Shown: positions 1 to 16,563 of the stretch, one piece after another
How positions within the stretch are numbered: the stretch's first letter is position 1
Layout: each line of letters starts with the position of its first letter
Assembly: GCF_009914755.1 (NCBI RefSeq)
Contig: NC_060938.1
Direction: 5' to 3' (one strand)
DNA: 64,000 bases
Source of the DNA: the human T2T-CHM13v2.0 reference genome, Homo sapiens
Notes under the pieces: model-generated
Database searches by the model: none
Told to the model about the DNA's origin: nothing
The model's input: only the letters and a program-made list of their open reading frames with translations
Translations under genes and position numbers: made by a program

Positions 1-229
1 ATGTCATAGAGTCTCTAGGCTCAGAACTCACATCAATTCTTTTTTCTATGCTTAATAATTATTTTGCTGAATTTCATTCTTCTCAAGACTTTGTCATTGA
101 TACACTGATATAATATGTAAGTATATTTAATATGATAATATATAAAATATTCATACTCTATGTAAAATATAGAAGTATAAAATATATAAATCTATACACA
201 TATATAAATAAATATATAAATGTGTCATA

Positions 230-1440
<1,211 letters not shown>

Positions 1441-1483
1441 AGTGATAAACTTCCTTGTTTGAAATACTTGAAATTATAATTGG

Positions 1484-1888
<405 letters not shown>

Positions 1889-3074
1889 TCAACTTTTCAA
1901 CCTCTGTTCTTGAAGTCTCAGCACAGATACTTTCTTAATAGTCTTCTGACCACTTCCATCAACTGCAGGCTTTGTTAAGTGATATACTTACCCGTACTCC
2001 GACACTTATCATACTTTGTAAAAGTATCTTTTTGTTTTTCAGCCTCTTATTACAGACACACTTTAAACCTACTGCAGGCAGGTTGTTTGTCTTATTCTGT
2101 TTTGTATACACATCATATAATTTAGTCCCCAAGGTATGAACATTAATAAGGGTCTACTCTGCTAGGCATGACCCCAGGGATGGGACTTCAGCAAGGGCTG
2201 TGTCTACTTTGTTCATGCTTACATTTTGTGCTTGTGCATAATAAGTACTTAATACATGGATGTTTAATAAATGCAATTTTACATTGGAAAATTAAAAATG
2301 AATATAGGCACATAAAAACATAATATTTCTTCCTATGATCTTTAATGGTAAGATTCAAGAGGATTTCAAGAACCATCATCTGATAAACATATTCTGTTAA
2401 CATAAAGTAAGCATATCCTAGATTATGGATACTGTCCTAGATTACTGATACTAGACTATGGACACTGTCCTAGATTTTTGGTAGTTTCCATCATAAAAAT
2501 CTTTATTTATTAATTTTTTTGGACTCTTGTTTCCTCCTAAAAGCCTGAGAATGTTTTTCATGAAGAAGTTGTATTCCTCTAGGACATTTTGAGGAAAATC
2601 CTTTTCTCAAAAGCTAATCTGAAAAAGCCTGATTTGTCAAATTTACTTGTTTAATTCTTCAGTTTTAGTAGATAATTTTTATTTTGTCATTACTGTAGCA
2701 TTTTAAGAAATATCCAATTTTTTTTCTCTCTCAGCTCCCTACTATACATCTGTAGAGTAAGGGATAAGGAGTAGAGGAGACAGAGTAGAGAATGTGGAGA
2801 TACTAAGGGGCATTGAAAATTTCTTTTCACCAACTTCCTATTATTTGTGCTATAATATGAAAACCATCATAGCACTCAATTGCACGAATTATATTTGCTG
2901 TTGTTCTGTTCTCAAGTGCAATTAGTTGCTGGATGAGTAAACATCCTCCCTAAATTCATACAAACATTGCACAGACACACACACACACACACATAAAATC
3001 ACTTCCTACAACTCTAGTCTAAAAATATAACTATATTAAATTTTTAGGTTAAAAGTATATTCTAACTCACAGGT

Positions 3075-4033
3075 TAGGAGAAAATATTTATCAATTACAT
3101 ATATGTTAAGGAACATGCATCCATAATATGTAAAGAATTTTTACAACTCAACAGTAGCAAGTAACTCAATTTTAAAATGGGCAAAAGATTTGAATAGACC
3201 TTTCTCCAAAGAAGATATTCAAATGGCCAATAAGCACATGAAAAGATACTCAATCTTCAACATAAGTAGTCATTAGGGAAATGCAAATCAAACCATAATG
3301 AATTATCACTTCACACATACAAGGATGGCTAAAATAAGACAACAATAACAACAAACAATAACAATATTGAGAAGGATGTAGAGAAAGTGAAACTCACACA
3401 TCGATGGTGAGACTGTAAAGTCATACAACTACTTTGTAAAACAACTTGAAAATGTCTCAAAATACTAAAAATAGAATTATCATGGCACTCATTATTTCCA
3501 CTCCTAGGTTGTACCCAAAAGAAATAAAAATATATGTTCATACAAAAACATTATTTATAGTAGCCAAAAGGTGGAAACAGCACAAATGTTAATCAACAGA
3601 TGAATGGATAAACAAAATATGGTGTATCCACACAAAGAAACATTTCGCAATAAAAATAAATGAAGTACTGATATATGCTATGTATCAGTGTCTCAATGTT
3701 CAACATGTATGAACATGAAGGCATTGTGCTTAAATAAGCCAGCCACAAGTGACCACACACTACATAATTCCATTTATGAGAAATGTCAAGAATAGGTAAA
3801 TCTGTAGAGATACTGAATATATTGCTGGCTGCTAGGAGTCAGAAGAGGAGGGAATAAGGAGTGACTGCTAGTGGGTGTGGGTTTCCTTGTGTAGTGATGA
3901 AAATTTTCTAAATTTAGATAGTGATGATGGTTGTACACAACTCTATTTGTATACTGGAAACACCAAACTGTACAGTTCAAAAGGATGAATTTTATGATAC
4001 ATGAATTTTATCTCAATAAAGCTATTAAAAAAA
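3075..4033 (+). mobile_element. L1MB-type LINE-1 3' end
   Basis: ORF2 C-terminal and 3'UTR motifs (AAATGGCCAATAAGCACATGAAAAGAT, GATGAATGGATAAAC), ending ATCTCAATAAAGCTATTAAAAAA. Confidence 0.85.
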
Positions 4034-4499
4034 CAACATTCTGTGGTTATATGTTTTTGACTACAAATACCGTGTATAGCTTTTAAGTGTATGCCCCCTT
4101 GATTGCATTTACTTTCTAATACAACTTTTTGTTTTTCCTAGAGCTTGGTTCATAATTACATTACTTTACATTTGTTTAGTTGTTTTTTTTTATGTGACCA
4201 TTGTTATTTCAGAGCCAACTTTCTACCAAAATTATAAATCTTGTTTTTTATACCCAAATACATTACATAACATATGTATTTCCTTTTTTTATTATTGTTT
4301 TCTGAAGATATCTATTCTTCTGGCCCAGACTGCTCTATGGCAGTTTTGTTTAGTTTAGCCAAGGCCTACTGTGTAGCTGTTTTTCTCAAACATTTTTTCG
4401 TCATCCTGGAAATTACTTTTTTCTCTTTCCTAAATGTGATTCCCTTTTTCCTGGATTTGATATTCATTGACTTATTTCTTTCATTTGGTGGAGTATATC

Positions 4500-5132
4500 C
4501 TTTAATACCTTCCTGAGAATGAATGGCTACCTAGAAGAAAAATTATTTTAGGAATTACTTAAAAATGATTGTATTCTACTCTTGCTCTTAATTGATAGTC
4601 TGGTTGGAAATAATTTTCTCACAGAATTTGAAAATTATTGCTCCATTGTTTTCCACCTTCTCTTAAGAGTGATGCTATTGAGATGTTAGATATGATTATG
4701 TTTCTTGATTCTTTGTATATGCTCTATTTTCTGTCTTTTTCTTTCTCGGGGTTGATTCTTTTCTTTTTTTTTTAGGATTTTTTATGGTATGTTTTTCTTT
4801 TTAAATTCTATTTTGGATACAGGGGGTACATGTGCACATTTGTTACATGGGAAGATTGCAAGATATTGGGGTTTGGAGTACCGATCCCATCACCCAGAGA
4901 ATCAGCATAGTACCCTACAGGGAGTTTTTAACCCAAATCCCCCACCCCTACTCTAGTAGTCCATAGTGTCTCTTGTTCCCATTTTAAAGTTCTGTAATGC
5001 TATGTGTCTTTGGTGTGGGACTTTTTCATTAATTTTGCTGAATTCTTGGTTGTGACTTTCAATCTGGAACCTCATGTGTTTTGGGTCTGGGAAATATTTT
5101 TGTATTATTGCCCTGATAGTTTCCTCTCTCAT

Positions 5133-5163
<31 letters not shown>

Positions 5164-5560
5164 CCTGTTTTGGAAATCCTGGTATTTGGTTTTTTACTTT
5201 CCTGAGCTGACTCTTTGATTTTAGGATTTTTAAAAAACTATTTTCTATCTCTTTGCCTTTTTGTTATGCTTTCTGAAAGACTTTTTCTTCTTTCACATAC
5301 ATCCCAACTTGAATTTATGATAGTCTATTTTGGCTGTCTTACTTAATATTTCAAAGAACTCTTTCTTGGTCTCTGAATGTTTCATTTTTGGTTTATTGGT
5401 GCAAATATTCACTCATCTTTCTCAGGATATTAATTATAGTAAAATTTTCTTCTCCTTGATTTTGTTTCCTCTCAGTAATACTTTTCTCTTTTTGTTGCAA
5501 TTGTTATATTTAATATCAGAGGCTTTTCATTAATATTTGAGAACTAAAGAGCACCAAAAT
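4500..5560 (-). mobile_element. Ancient L1M/L1ME fragment
   Basis: T-rich antisense L1 motifs (GAAAATTATTGCTCCATTGTTTTCC, TCTGGGAAATATTTT); approximate. Confidence 0.5.
4795..4985 (-). mobile_element. L1PA15/16-like 3' end
   Basis: GATACAGGGGGTACATGTGCAC...GATCCCATCACCCAG...GCATAGTACCC. Confidence 0.8.
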
Positions 5561-6204
5561 GCTGTTTGAAAACTGTATATTTGGGGAGTACTGTGTAGTA
5601 AGTTTCACATCAGTTGATAATGTAGAGATTAGGGCACTTCTGTGGGAGATCCCCAAATTTTAGTATTCTTTATGGAGGAAGCTTGTAATCTCCTACAAGA
5701 AGGGGCCAACCTGGGTTGTCAGCAAAGAAGAGGAAGCAGGTATGCAAAGTTTTAATTAACCAGTCTCTTTTTAGTTCAGCAACTCATCTTGGCTTTGGCT
5801 CCGTTGGATGTCATCGCATGTAGTCTAGCAAGTCAGTTTCTACCATCTTATTCTATCCGCAATTTCTAAATTTCATTCGTGTATTTTATCTTTTTCTTCT
5901 CCCATCCCATTGTTCTTGTCATTAATAAGATTTTTGAAGGGAGCAGAAATACACACATGAATTCAATCAAATAAACGTGCATGTGTTAACATGAAAGTTT
6001 TCAGTTATTTTAAGAAATGAAACCATTTTTAAGCATCTTCATCATCATCCAGAAACATATATTGAAAATTTTCTGTGTGTAAAATCCTGTTCTGGGCAAT
6101 GTAGTGATGCTAAGGAACAAACATACCATCCCTATTTTAAGGGTTAGGATGACCAAAGTATTAGAACCTAAATATTTATAATAAGTAAATGTATGAGTGT
6201 TGTG

Positions 6205-6345
6205 AGCAATGATACTAGAGTTAGACTGTTTAGGTTTAATCTTTAATTATTAATTGTGATCTTGGACAGATTACTTAAGCTCTTTACATCTTAATTTCCT
6301 CATTTATAATGAGAATGTATTAATGCCAACTATTGCTAAGGATAC
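6205..6345 (+). mobile_element. MIR
   Basis: MIR core TGTGATCTTGGACAGATTACTTAAGCTCT...TTTCCTCATTTATAA. Confidence 0.65.
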
Positions 6346-6620
6346 TGATAGTTAACAGTAAAAAAATCCGTTATTCTCACATTCCTTGTTAACAGAGTCC
6401 CAATTTTGTTATGGATAGGTACACAGCTAAAAAAATCTGTATAAACTCTTTGTCCCTTACAGCTAGCTGCGACCTTGTGACACAGTTGTGGCCAAATAAA
6501 TTTAAGTACAAGTCACTAGGCAAGGCTTCTAGTAAAGTTTATTAAAGCAGGAGGGTTTGGCTGGCAAGTGCTTTCTTCTGTCTCTCTTCCCTTCTGCTTG
6601 ACTGAAATGTTGGATTTTGT
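6346..6620 (+). mobile_element. MLT1 (MaLR) LTR fragment
   Basis: CCCTTACAGCTAG...TGTGACACAGTTGTGGCCAA...AAGTCACTAGG motifs typical of older MLT1 LTRs. Confidence 0.55.
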
Positions 6621-6719
6621 ATCCAGGCAGGCTCCTTTGGATTTGAAATTTTTCTGTTCAGCCTTTCTTAACATGCCATTTTTGTTCCTGTGTTTGTCAA
6701 ACTGAATTCTACTTGGTAG

Positions 6720-8530
6720 AACCAGGGAGTGCTTCCCAAAGAGGATGAAGTGAGCTAGGTCTTAACATCTGAGGAGACATTAGTGAGGTAGACAAGATGA
6801 GTAAGAAAGCCCCAGATACAGGGACTGAACATGCAAAGTGGCAGAAGTGTAAGAGCTTTTGGCAGAAGATGAAGCTGGAGAAGTAGTCAAATGCAGTATC
6901 ACGAAAATCCTCAGAGGCCATTTTAAAAGGTTGGGACTTTTCTTGGAGGGGATGATGAACTATTGAAGTATTTTCAGCCAAAGTCAGAAGATCAAATTTA
7001 CATGCTTGATGGAAATAATTCTGGCAACTGTGAGGATGTTTGCTAGGAGGTGATTCAAAGCAGAAAAACAAGCTAGATAGCTTTTGTAGTAGACCAGGCT
7101 AAACATTTTTGATGAGGGCCTAAACTAAGGTGCTGGCAATGGGGGTATTTAAAGTCACTTTAAAATAAATGTAGAGGTTGATTTGATAACATTTTTGACT
7201 TTATGCATTGTGAGTAGGGAAAGGAAGAGGTGTAGGATGACCTCTAGAGATAAAAAACAATTAAATAAAAGATGATGAACTTAGTTTTGTGAAGTTGATT
7301 TTGAGATGCTCTTATGATATTCAGGTGTCAAAGCCCAATGAGCCTTTGAACTCAAAAGAGAGATCTAGACTGAAGATAAATGTTTGATAGTGATTGGTAA
7401 ATAGGTAGTATATGAAGCTATGAGTACGGATAAGATCATTCAATATAGCTTTGTAACACTCCACTTCATATTCTCTGAATTCATTTGTAGTCCCAATGGA
7501 TAGTTTTTATTATCACTGGCAGGTTTCTACTTCAAACTCCTTAATCTCTGCTTCTCTGACCAAGAGCTTTTTCCAATGCCATAAGAGCTTGCTCAGACAT
7601 CATACAGGGTAGCCGGAATTTAATGTCCTTAGGGGCAACCTTAGGAAATGAGGATGTGAGGCAGGGGATAAATGCTCAGGTTCTCTCTCAGTTGAACAAT
7701 TCTGAGACATACTCTACATGATACATTAAAGAGTTTTTAATGGATTCGGCTTCAATTTCCCACAGTGGAAACCCATTCATCAACATATTCTTTTATGTTT
7801 TGCTTTTTCCACTTTTTTTAATTTGTGCTTTCTGGCATTACTAACAAAATAATTTGTTTGCCTTGAAGTAGCTGACTTAGAGTCTGCAATGGCGAAAACC
7901 AAATTAAGACATAAAAGAAGAATGAATAAACTAATAAGCAAGAAAACCTAAGATGGAACTATAGGAAGTACCAATTGCAGGATGAGCAAAGAAAGAAGGG
8001 CCTATGAAGAAGGCTAGGACAAAGCAGTTAGAGTAGAAGGAGAAAAGGCAGGAGAAACATGCATTGCAAGGCCAATAGAGAATTTCAAAAATAAGAGCTT
8101 AGTTAGCCTAACCATGATGAGATCAAGAAAAGTGAGGTCTAGAATGATTTAGCTGACCAAAATGAGAGAAATTTCACTGGAGTGGTAGTGAGAAGTGAGG
8201 GACATGTCTGGTTGTTGAAAATAAATTGAATTGACCAAAGTATTTTTAACTGTATTAGCCCTATAAGGCACAGGTCATAGGTCCTATAAGCTTTTTAGAA
8301 ACCTTCCAAAATGTTTGAAACAGAGAATCTGGTAAAAATGTCTACCCATACGCCCCACCAAGTGACCTGTTCTCCTCCAGAGACAATACAAGTTACCAGT
8401 TTCATCTGTGAATTTTCACTCAAATTAAGGAGTTTGTACCTAATTCATTTGGAAAACTGGGAGCCATTGAAGGTTTCTGAGAAGGGAGGCAAGATGACAC
8501 AGACTTCAGGATAAATTAGAGCGATGAAAG
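6720..8530 (-). mobile_element. LINE-2 fragments, interrupted by LTR16
   Basis: Purine-rich antisense L2 motifs (GAGATCTAGACTGAAGATA, GGGAGCCATTGAAGGTTTCTGAG). Confidence 0.6.
7452..7911 (+). mobile_element. LTR16-family (ERVL) solo LTR
   Basis: TGT start, internal GGCAACC...GACAATTCTGAG-like motifs, ends AACCAAATTAAGACA. Confidence 0.6.
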
Positions 8531-8870
8531 AACTGGAGTCACAGATATCAGCTTTAAGGATGAAGAATGCTAGCTGACTACATCAAGGATGAAGCATGAA
8601 CCCAGAGAAGCATAGAGACTTGAACAATGCAACATGAAAAGTAAATAGCTTAATTGGCTAGAACCACTAAGGCCAACAAATGAAAACTGGTTGGTGGTAA
8701 ATTATCATTCCTTATAGGAAGAATTTTGTAGAACCAAGATCTGAACAGAAAAATGGAAAAATTTTATGGTGGTAATATCTTCCCCAACATTAGAAGGAAT
8801 GAGACAGACGATGGGGTACAACCTCTCAGTGATGTTATGTACTAGGAAGTGCTTAAATGAACTTACAATT

Positions 8871-9177
8871 TCTTTTTTCTTTTTTTTTTTTTTTTTTAGA
8901 TGGAGTCTCACGCTGTCACCCAGGCTGGAGTGCAGTGGCGCGATCTCGACTCACTGCAAGCTCCGCCTCATTCACATCATTCTCTTGCCTCAGCCTCCCG
9001 AGTAGCTGGGACTACAGGCGCCCCATACCAGGCCCGGCTAATTTTTTTTTTGTATTTTTAGTACAGACGGGGTTTCACTGTGTTAGCCAGGAAGGTCTGG
9101 ATCTCCTGACCTCGTGATCAGCGCGCATCAGCTTCCCAAAGTGCTGGGATTACACGTGTGAGCCACTGAGCCTGGCC
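8871..9177 (-). mobile_element. AluY-like
   Basis: Poly-T; CAAGCTCCGCC and GTGTTAGCCAGG diagnostics. Confidence 0.95.
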
Positions 9178-9461
9178 CATTTTTTTTTCTTTGTTTACTT
9201 GATAATATTGCAAATGTAATTAATGCTCCTAATTCTTCTAGGGCAAATCTACTCATTTAAAGTGAGATGGAGTATTTCTGAAATAATTGGGGACATAGGA
9301 TGATTTAGAATCCAGTTTAATACTTGAGACAGTGTATATTTCTGAATAAATTTTTCCAATAAAAACAATCTGACTTTACTAAATTTTGCTTAGTTCATTA
9401 TTAATAGAATTTCTTATGCTATACATTAGATACAATTCTTATTCTTAGAATTGTGGGCATA

Positions 9462-10580
9462 TCCTCAAACTACAAAAATCTTAGAAGAAAACCTAGGAAA
9501 TACCCTTCTTGGCATCAGCCTTGGCAAAGGATTTATGGCTAAATCCTCAAAAGCAATGAAAACAAAAACTGATAAGTGGGACCTAATTAAACTAAAGAAC
9601 TTCTGCACAGCCAGAGATGCTTTCAGAGCAGTAAACAGATAACCTACAGAATGAGAAAAAATATTCACAAACTATCCATCTGACAAAGGCCTAATATCTA
9701 GAATCTATATAGAACTTAAATCAACAAGCAAAAACCAAATAATCTCATTAAAAAGTGGACAATGGACCTGAACAGGCACTTTTCATAAGAAGACACACAA
9801 ATGGCCAACAAACATATGAAAAAATGCTCAACATTACTCATCCTCAGAGAAATCCAAATCAAAACCACGACAAGATATCATCTCATACTAGTCATAATGG
9901 ATGTTGTTAAAAAGTTAAAAAAGTAATAAGTGTTGGCAGAGCTGCAGAGGGCGCTTACACACTGTTGGTGGGAATGTAAACTAGTTCAGTCATTATGGAG
10001 AGCAGTTTGGAGATTTTTCAAATAACTACCAGTTGAACTACCATTCAACCTAGCAATCCTATTACTAGGTTTGTACCCAAAGGAAAATAAATTATTCTAC
10101 TAAAAGGACATCTGCACCTATATGTTTATTGCGGCACTAGTCACAATAGCAAAGAAATAAGATAGATTCAAGTGCCTGTCAATGGTGGATTGGATAAAGA
10201 AAAGCAGATATACACACACCATGGAATACTACACAGGCATGAAAAGAACAAAATCATGTCCTTTACAAACATGATGCAGCTTGAGACCATTACCCTAAAC
10301 GAACTAATGTAGAAGCAGAAAACCAAATACCACATGTTCTGACTTATAAGTAGGAGCTAAATGTTGAATACAGGTGGACATAGAGATGGAAACAATAAAC
10401 ACTGGGGAATACTAGAAGGGAGATGGAGGGAGGGGGCAAGGGTTGCAAAACTACCTATTGGGTACTATACTCACTTCCTGGGTGATGGATTCAATTGTAC
10501 TCCAAACCATTATCTCATGCAATATACCTTTGGAACAAACCTGCATATGTACCCCCAGAATTTAAAATAAAAGTTAAAAG
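9462..10580 (+). mobile_element. L1PA16/17-like 3' portion
   Basis: ORF2 tail (ORF 9451..9642 [10 protein letters not shown]...[13 protein letters not shown]) and 3'UTR ending GTACCCCCAGAATTTAAAATAAAAGTT. Confidence 0.9.
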
Positions 10581-10751
10581 TTGGGGGGAGGGAAGAATGG
10601 TCAGATGAGACTTAACACATAGTGGTGGATCATCAACTAAAATGAAATCCTCTTCTGTAAAACTATTTTCTTTACAATTATAACAGTGTCATTTTGTGAA
10701 AAAACAAGCTTTCAATCACCAAAGTAAATAATCATGAAACAGAAGAGTAGA

Positions 10752-11039
<288 letters not shown>

Positions 11040-11886
11040 TTATATTTGTCATATAATTACCTCACTTCCTGCAACACTTTGTGAAATAAAGAATTGAAGA
11101 AATTAATTGGATTAATTCAGTCAAGGTAGTTGCCAATTTTTATTTAAATTGTTTCCAAAGGTTTTCTACCGGGTGAGAGGGTGGGTGGGTGAAAAGACAT
11201 TATTTGTCCTCCTACCCTGAGAGTATATCAGAACCTCAGCTATAATGTTGAGACGATAGCTTTGTATGGGTATGGGGAGATGGGGCATGCATATATTTTG
11301 TAAAAGATCCCCAGGGGATTCAGATTCTTCTGTCCTTATCATAATCCTGGTTAGGACCAATGTGGGCTTGACTTTTACTTTACAGTAGCCGTTTTTCTCA
11401 GCTTTTCAGTTGCCTTATATCAACCTAGTACCGCTACTCCCCCCACTTCTTCATTTTTGGAAGGGCAAGTGATTGTGATGAAATGAGACATTTTGTAGTA
11501 AAAAGGATACAGTTTTAAATACCTTTAAAACATTTCAAAAAGCAATACAATTAGCTAAGCACTTATGTTTTATTAGTAATAGCAAGCAAAATTAATAAGT
11601 AAATTCAACTAAAAATGATTATGTGTCAAAGTGTATAGTTTTTACATTGACATTTCACATAATCTGACTTTGCTTAGAAGAGAAATCACTCGGCTGTTAA
11701 AATTACTTTTAAAGAGCTGTCAAAATTGGAAAACCTGCTGTCAAAAATATGATGAGAAAAGTTTAAAAATGGTAAAGTATGTTGACTTAGACAAAAAACA
11801 TTACCTTCATGAAGGAAAACTTGAATATTTATCATTGTCTTCAAAAGAGATGATCTTATCTTCCTGAAATTGGACATCTTGGTTTA

Positions 11887-12201
<315 letters not shown>

Positions 12202-12370
12202 TCACATTCTGACACTGTGTTTTCATTTTAACAGCAACATGAATGAAACCATTTATACTGGTACCAAATGAGAACATCTTTAAGTGCTAAAAAAAAACCT
12301 AAAATATTAATGCCATCTATAAAACAAAACAAAATAAATATTGGTAAAAACAAAGATAGATGGCATACAC

Positions 12371-12824
12371 TTATTTTCAGCTTCTCTTATTTTATGTATA
12401 AATATATTAATACTTATTAAGTAAGATATGTTAACTAATGGAAGAATGTAAATCTATGTTTTCTGGAAAGTTTGCTAAGGATTTCATATTTTTATTCTGC
12501 CTATTTAAATTATAAGCCATATCAGATGCTCAATTATACGCCATTGAGAATTTGAATTCCAAAATAATTTAGTTTTGAGGCTTTACACTAAACTTCAGCT
12601 TCTGAAGTTTATTTTCAGCTTCTCATATATATATATATGCTTATTAAGTAAGATATTTTAACTAATGGAAGAATGTAAATCTATGTTTTCTGGAAAGTTT
12701 GCAATGAATTTTGTATTTTTATACAGCCTATTTAAATTATAATCCATATCAGATGCTCAATTATATGCCATTGAGAATTTAAATTCCAAAATATTTTAGT
12801 TTTGAGACTTCACACTAAACTTCA
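12371..12824. repeat. Two-copy tandem duplication (~220-240 bp unit)
   Basis: Copies begin TTATTTTCAGCTTCTC at 12371 and 12609, share AACTAATGGAAGAATGTAAATCTATGTTTTCTGGAAAGTTTGC, and both end ACACTAAACTTCA. Confidence 0.95.
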
Positions 12825-14326
12825 CTTAAAGATTGATTCTTCTGTCCCTGTCATAATATAATTCCAAAAGAGACAAACCTTAGAGAGCATTGCATTTAAG
12901 GACAGATAGATTAGTTAAAAAAAAAAAGCCTCTCTTAAACTCTTTCCATTTTACAATGAGCAAAATATATCAATAATTTAAATCTCAAAAAGTTCCATTT
13001 CTCTTTGAAGTAGAGAACCAATAAAATTCTTCAGCATATCCTAAGCATTCAATTGTCAGTTCTCAATAAAAATGCATAGGTGTTTACCTCTAGATGAATA
13101 AAATGTGTGAATATGAAATAAAACATAAGATTTCTCCCCTAGTCTTCTTCATCTACTACAAATAATGTAGGACTTTAATGTTAATATCCTGGGTGACCAC
13201 TATATTGCCAGTTTATCATTGTTGTGTGACCTTATGTGTTTGCATCCTTCTCCATATATAAAATACAATTGTAGTTATCACCCATCTAGCACAGTCACAA
13301 AAATCTTATGAATATTAGTATATAAATGATTGTAAAATTCTTTGTAAATGTAAATGTTTAAGTAGCCCTATTTTGTTTATAGAGAAGAAATTCAAAATAA
13401 AAATATAGCTATAATGGGATACATTATTTGAGCTAGAATTAGAGAAGAGAAAAATTTTCTTGCAAAAAATAATTGCCCATATTTAACAAAGAATGTTATT
13501 GTGTGGCATCTATTATTTTACTGTTTATGTGAAAAAATTTGGGGCTGGCTACTAAATTTCCTAATTTTCAAAGAAGTTTATATTTTAACATCACTATATT
13601 TAATCATCAAAGTTTTTAAAATTAAATTTCACATCCACATGACATGTGTATCCTAAAACATGCGAGCTAAAGAATAAAAATGCTTACAAACATTGCCACA
13701 AATAAGATCAGTGTGACTTTTAATGAAATTGATCTAAAATGCTAGCATATTTTTAGGGAATGTCAACTAAATAGAAAATTAAGTTTGAAGGTAGCAAATC
13801 TAAACACAGCTGAATGTGACTATATAAATCTTATTGTTCTCAGAACCATGTTAATATGCCCTTATTACACAAATGGAAAAGAAACTGTAAATTAAAGCTC
13901 TAACCAGTAATCCAATGTATAGTACGTGTACGTTGGAGAAAAGTTTGTGTTGCTATGGGAACTTTGGTTTTTGTTTATATTATATGGGAAGCTATATTAT
14001 GTGCCTTGGTTCACCTTAATGACTACCTTCATACATTGCTAATTATACTATTTTCCCTCATTCACTCTGATGATTAACTCCTTAAGGTTAATATTGCTCA
14101 TCTTTATTGAGTTAGTTCATATTTTTCTTGAATACAGAAATATGAACTCACATTTAACTTCATTTGTGAAAATTGCATTATGCATGCCACCATCACCTAT
14201 TCATTACATTATGTAAAAGGAGTTTTAGTTTTTATGAGATTTGCAAAATTACATTTATGAAAATTATAAGCTTGACCTTGTATGCCTATAGACGCATTTC
14301 CAAATGGTGGAAAATAAAATTTGTGA

Positions 14327-14668
<342 letters not shown>

Positions 14669-14884
14669 AAAAAAATGTATAATTTTCTTATTCAAAATCG
14701 CCTACAGCATTTTAAATGAGGAAACCTAAACTATTAAGAAAAAAATTGTTCACATTTTCAATGCATAGGCAAAGGCATGTCGAAATATTCATTATGTGTG
14801 TACAGAATTCCCTGAGTTAGTAGGGCTCTACAGAGCCAGTTAGTAAGTGAATGCATTATGCTATCAATATTAGGACTTTTTTCC

Positions 14885-16563
14885 TAAAGGATGATGAAAC
14901 TATCATGTATGATACTCAAGTGATGGATACACAACAGCATGCATTTGTCAAGACCCATACAATTTATAGCACAAAAACTGACTTTAATATACGCAAATTT
15001 AAAAAATTATTTGAAAGGTTGGGAGTTCTCAGAATGAAATGCATACTGTGACAAAAGAATCTAACTGCATAACATGTACAAAACAATCTCACTAAAAAAA
15101 TAAGGAGAAAAGGTTCTGGCTTAAGAAAGTTTGAAAATGAGTGGAGTCTGTAAGACTAACAGCAAATAAACTTCATGTAAGTATTGAACTTTAGTTGATA
15201 TTTGTTTTCTGTGGTAGAATGGGTTAACGATTCTAAAACCACTACACGTATATATTAGAATTAAACATTTAAGTCAATGGATGTTTGAATGATGGAAGTC
15301 ATTGTCTCACTGTTGAAGCTAGAGGATACAGATAAATGAGAGAAGACTAGAATGATCCATTGGGTGATATGAACTCATTTTTTAGCTTAATATAGATTCA
15401 GATGGATACACCTAGAAATATTTACAGATATATGTATATACAAAGTTCAATATACTCACGTATATTTCCTTATTCTATTAGCTGAGAGAGTCTAGAAACA
15501 AGGATACTCAGGAGCAACAAACATACCTCAGATTCAAATACCGGTTTCTAGAATTATCCAATTAGAGGAAGTAGGGCCTCTTAAAGAAACGCCTGATTCT
15601 AGGACTGAAGCAGAAAACATACAAGATGAACTGAGAGAACCTTGTAGTGTCAGAAAGTAAGAAAGTGCTCAAGACACACACACACACACACACACACGGT
15701 CTATCAGTCAGTGACGGGTTACTCAAGAGGAAACATAAGAGTTCCCAATGGGCAAAGCTGGAATGATTTCAGCAACAAAATTAATAAAATAGTATTGGAT
15801 TATAGCCAAAAGTATAAGATAAATATCCAGGAGTCCATATTGATATAAATAAATAAGTAAACAAACAAAGAATAAACAAATATTCTGTGCTAATAATTTA
15901 TGTAGATACTCTACCTTCAAGGAGATGGAACATAACTCTTCCTCAGTCCTTAAGTGTGAACTGTGCATAGCGACTTCCTTCCAAGGGGTACAGTACATAA
16001 ATGGGGGTAAAAGAGTAACTTTATAGCCAAGAAACCTGACAAACAGCCAAGTGATCAAGATTAACATTAACAGGGACAACTCATGTTGATAATACCTACT
16101 CTTGATATGATGTAATGAAAAAGACAGTTCTATGTTCTTCCTCTCCAAAACACATGATTCCAGTACAATTGTAAGAAAAACATAAAGCAAATCCCCAAAG
16201 GGCGACATTGACAAAATACCTGACCAGTACTGCTCCAAACTGTCAGGGTCATTGAAAACAAGGAGTCTGAGTAATTGTTGCAGCCAAGAGGCACCTGAGA
16301 ACATGTGACAAATTAATGCAGCATCTTCGATGGACTCTCAGTCCCAAAAAGATCATTTGATGAAAACTAAGGAAATTTGAATAAAATATGGACTTTAGGT
16401 AATAATAATATATCACCATTTATTTATTAATTGTGATAAATGTATCGTACTAATAAGATGCTTATAGTAGGAGAAACAGTATGAAGTATATGGGGGTTCT
16501 CTGTATTACCTTTACAACTCTTTAGTAAATTTAAAATTGTTCTAAAATAAAAGTTTATTTAAA
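14885..16563 (+). mobile_element. L1MC (L1MC3-like) long 3'UTR
   Basis: GAAACTATCATGTATGATAC...GCATTTGTCAAGACCCATA start; ends TTCTAAAATAAAAGTTTATTTAAA; contains (CA)n near 15675. Confidence 0.8.

Noticed and set aside
15723-16304. Longest ORF in the track (193 aa, hydrophobic)
   Set aside because: It lies antisense in an L1MC 3'UTR; T-rich composition explains both the open frame and the hydrophobicity, and there is no recognisable domain.
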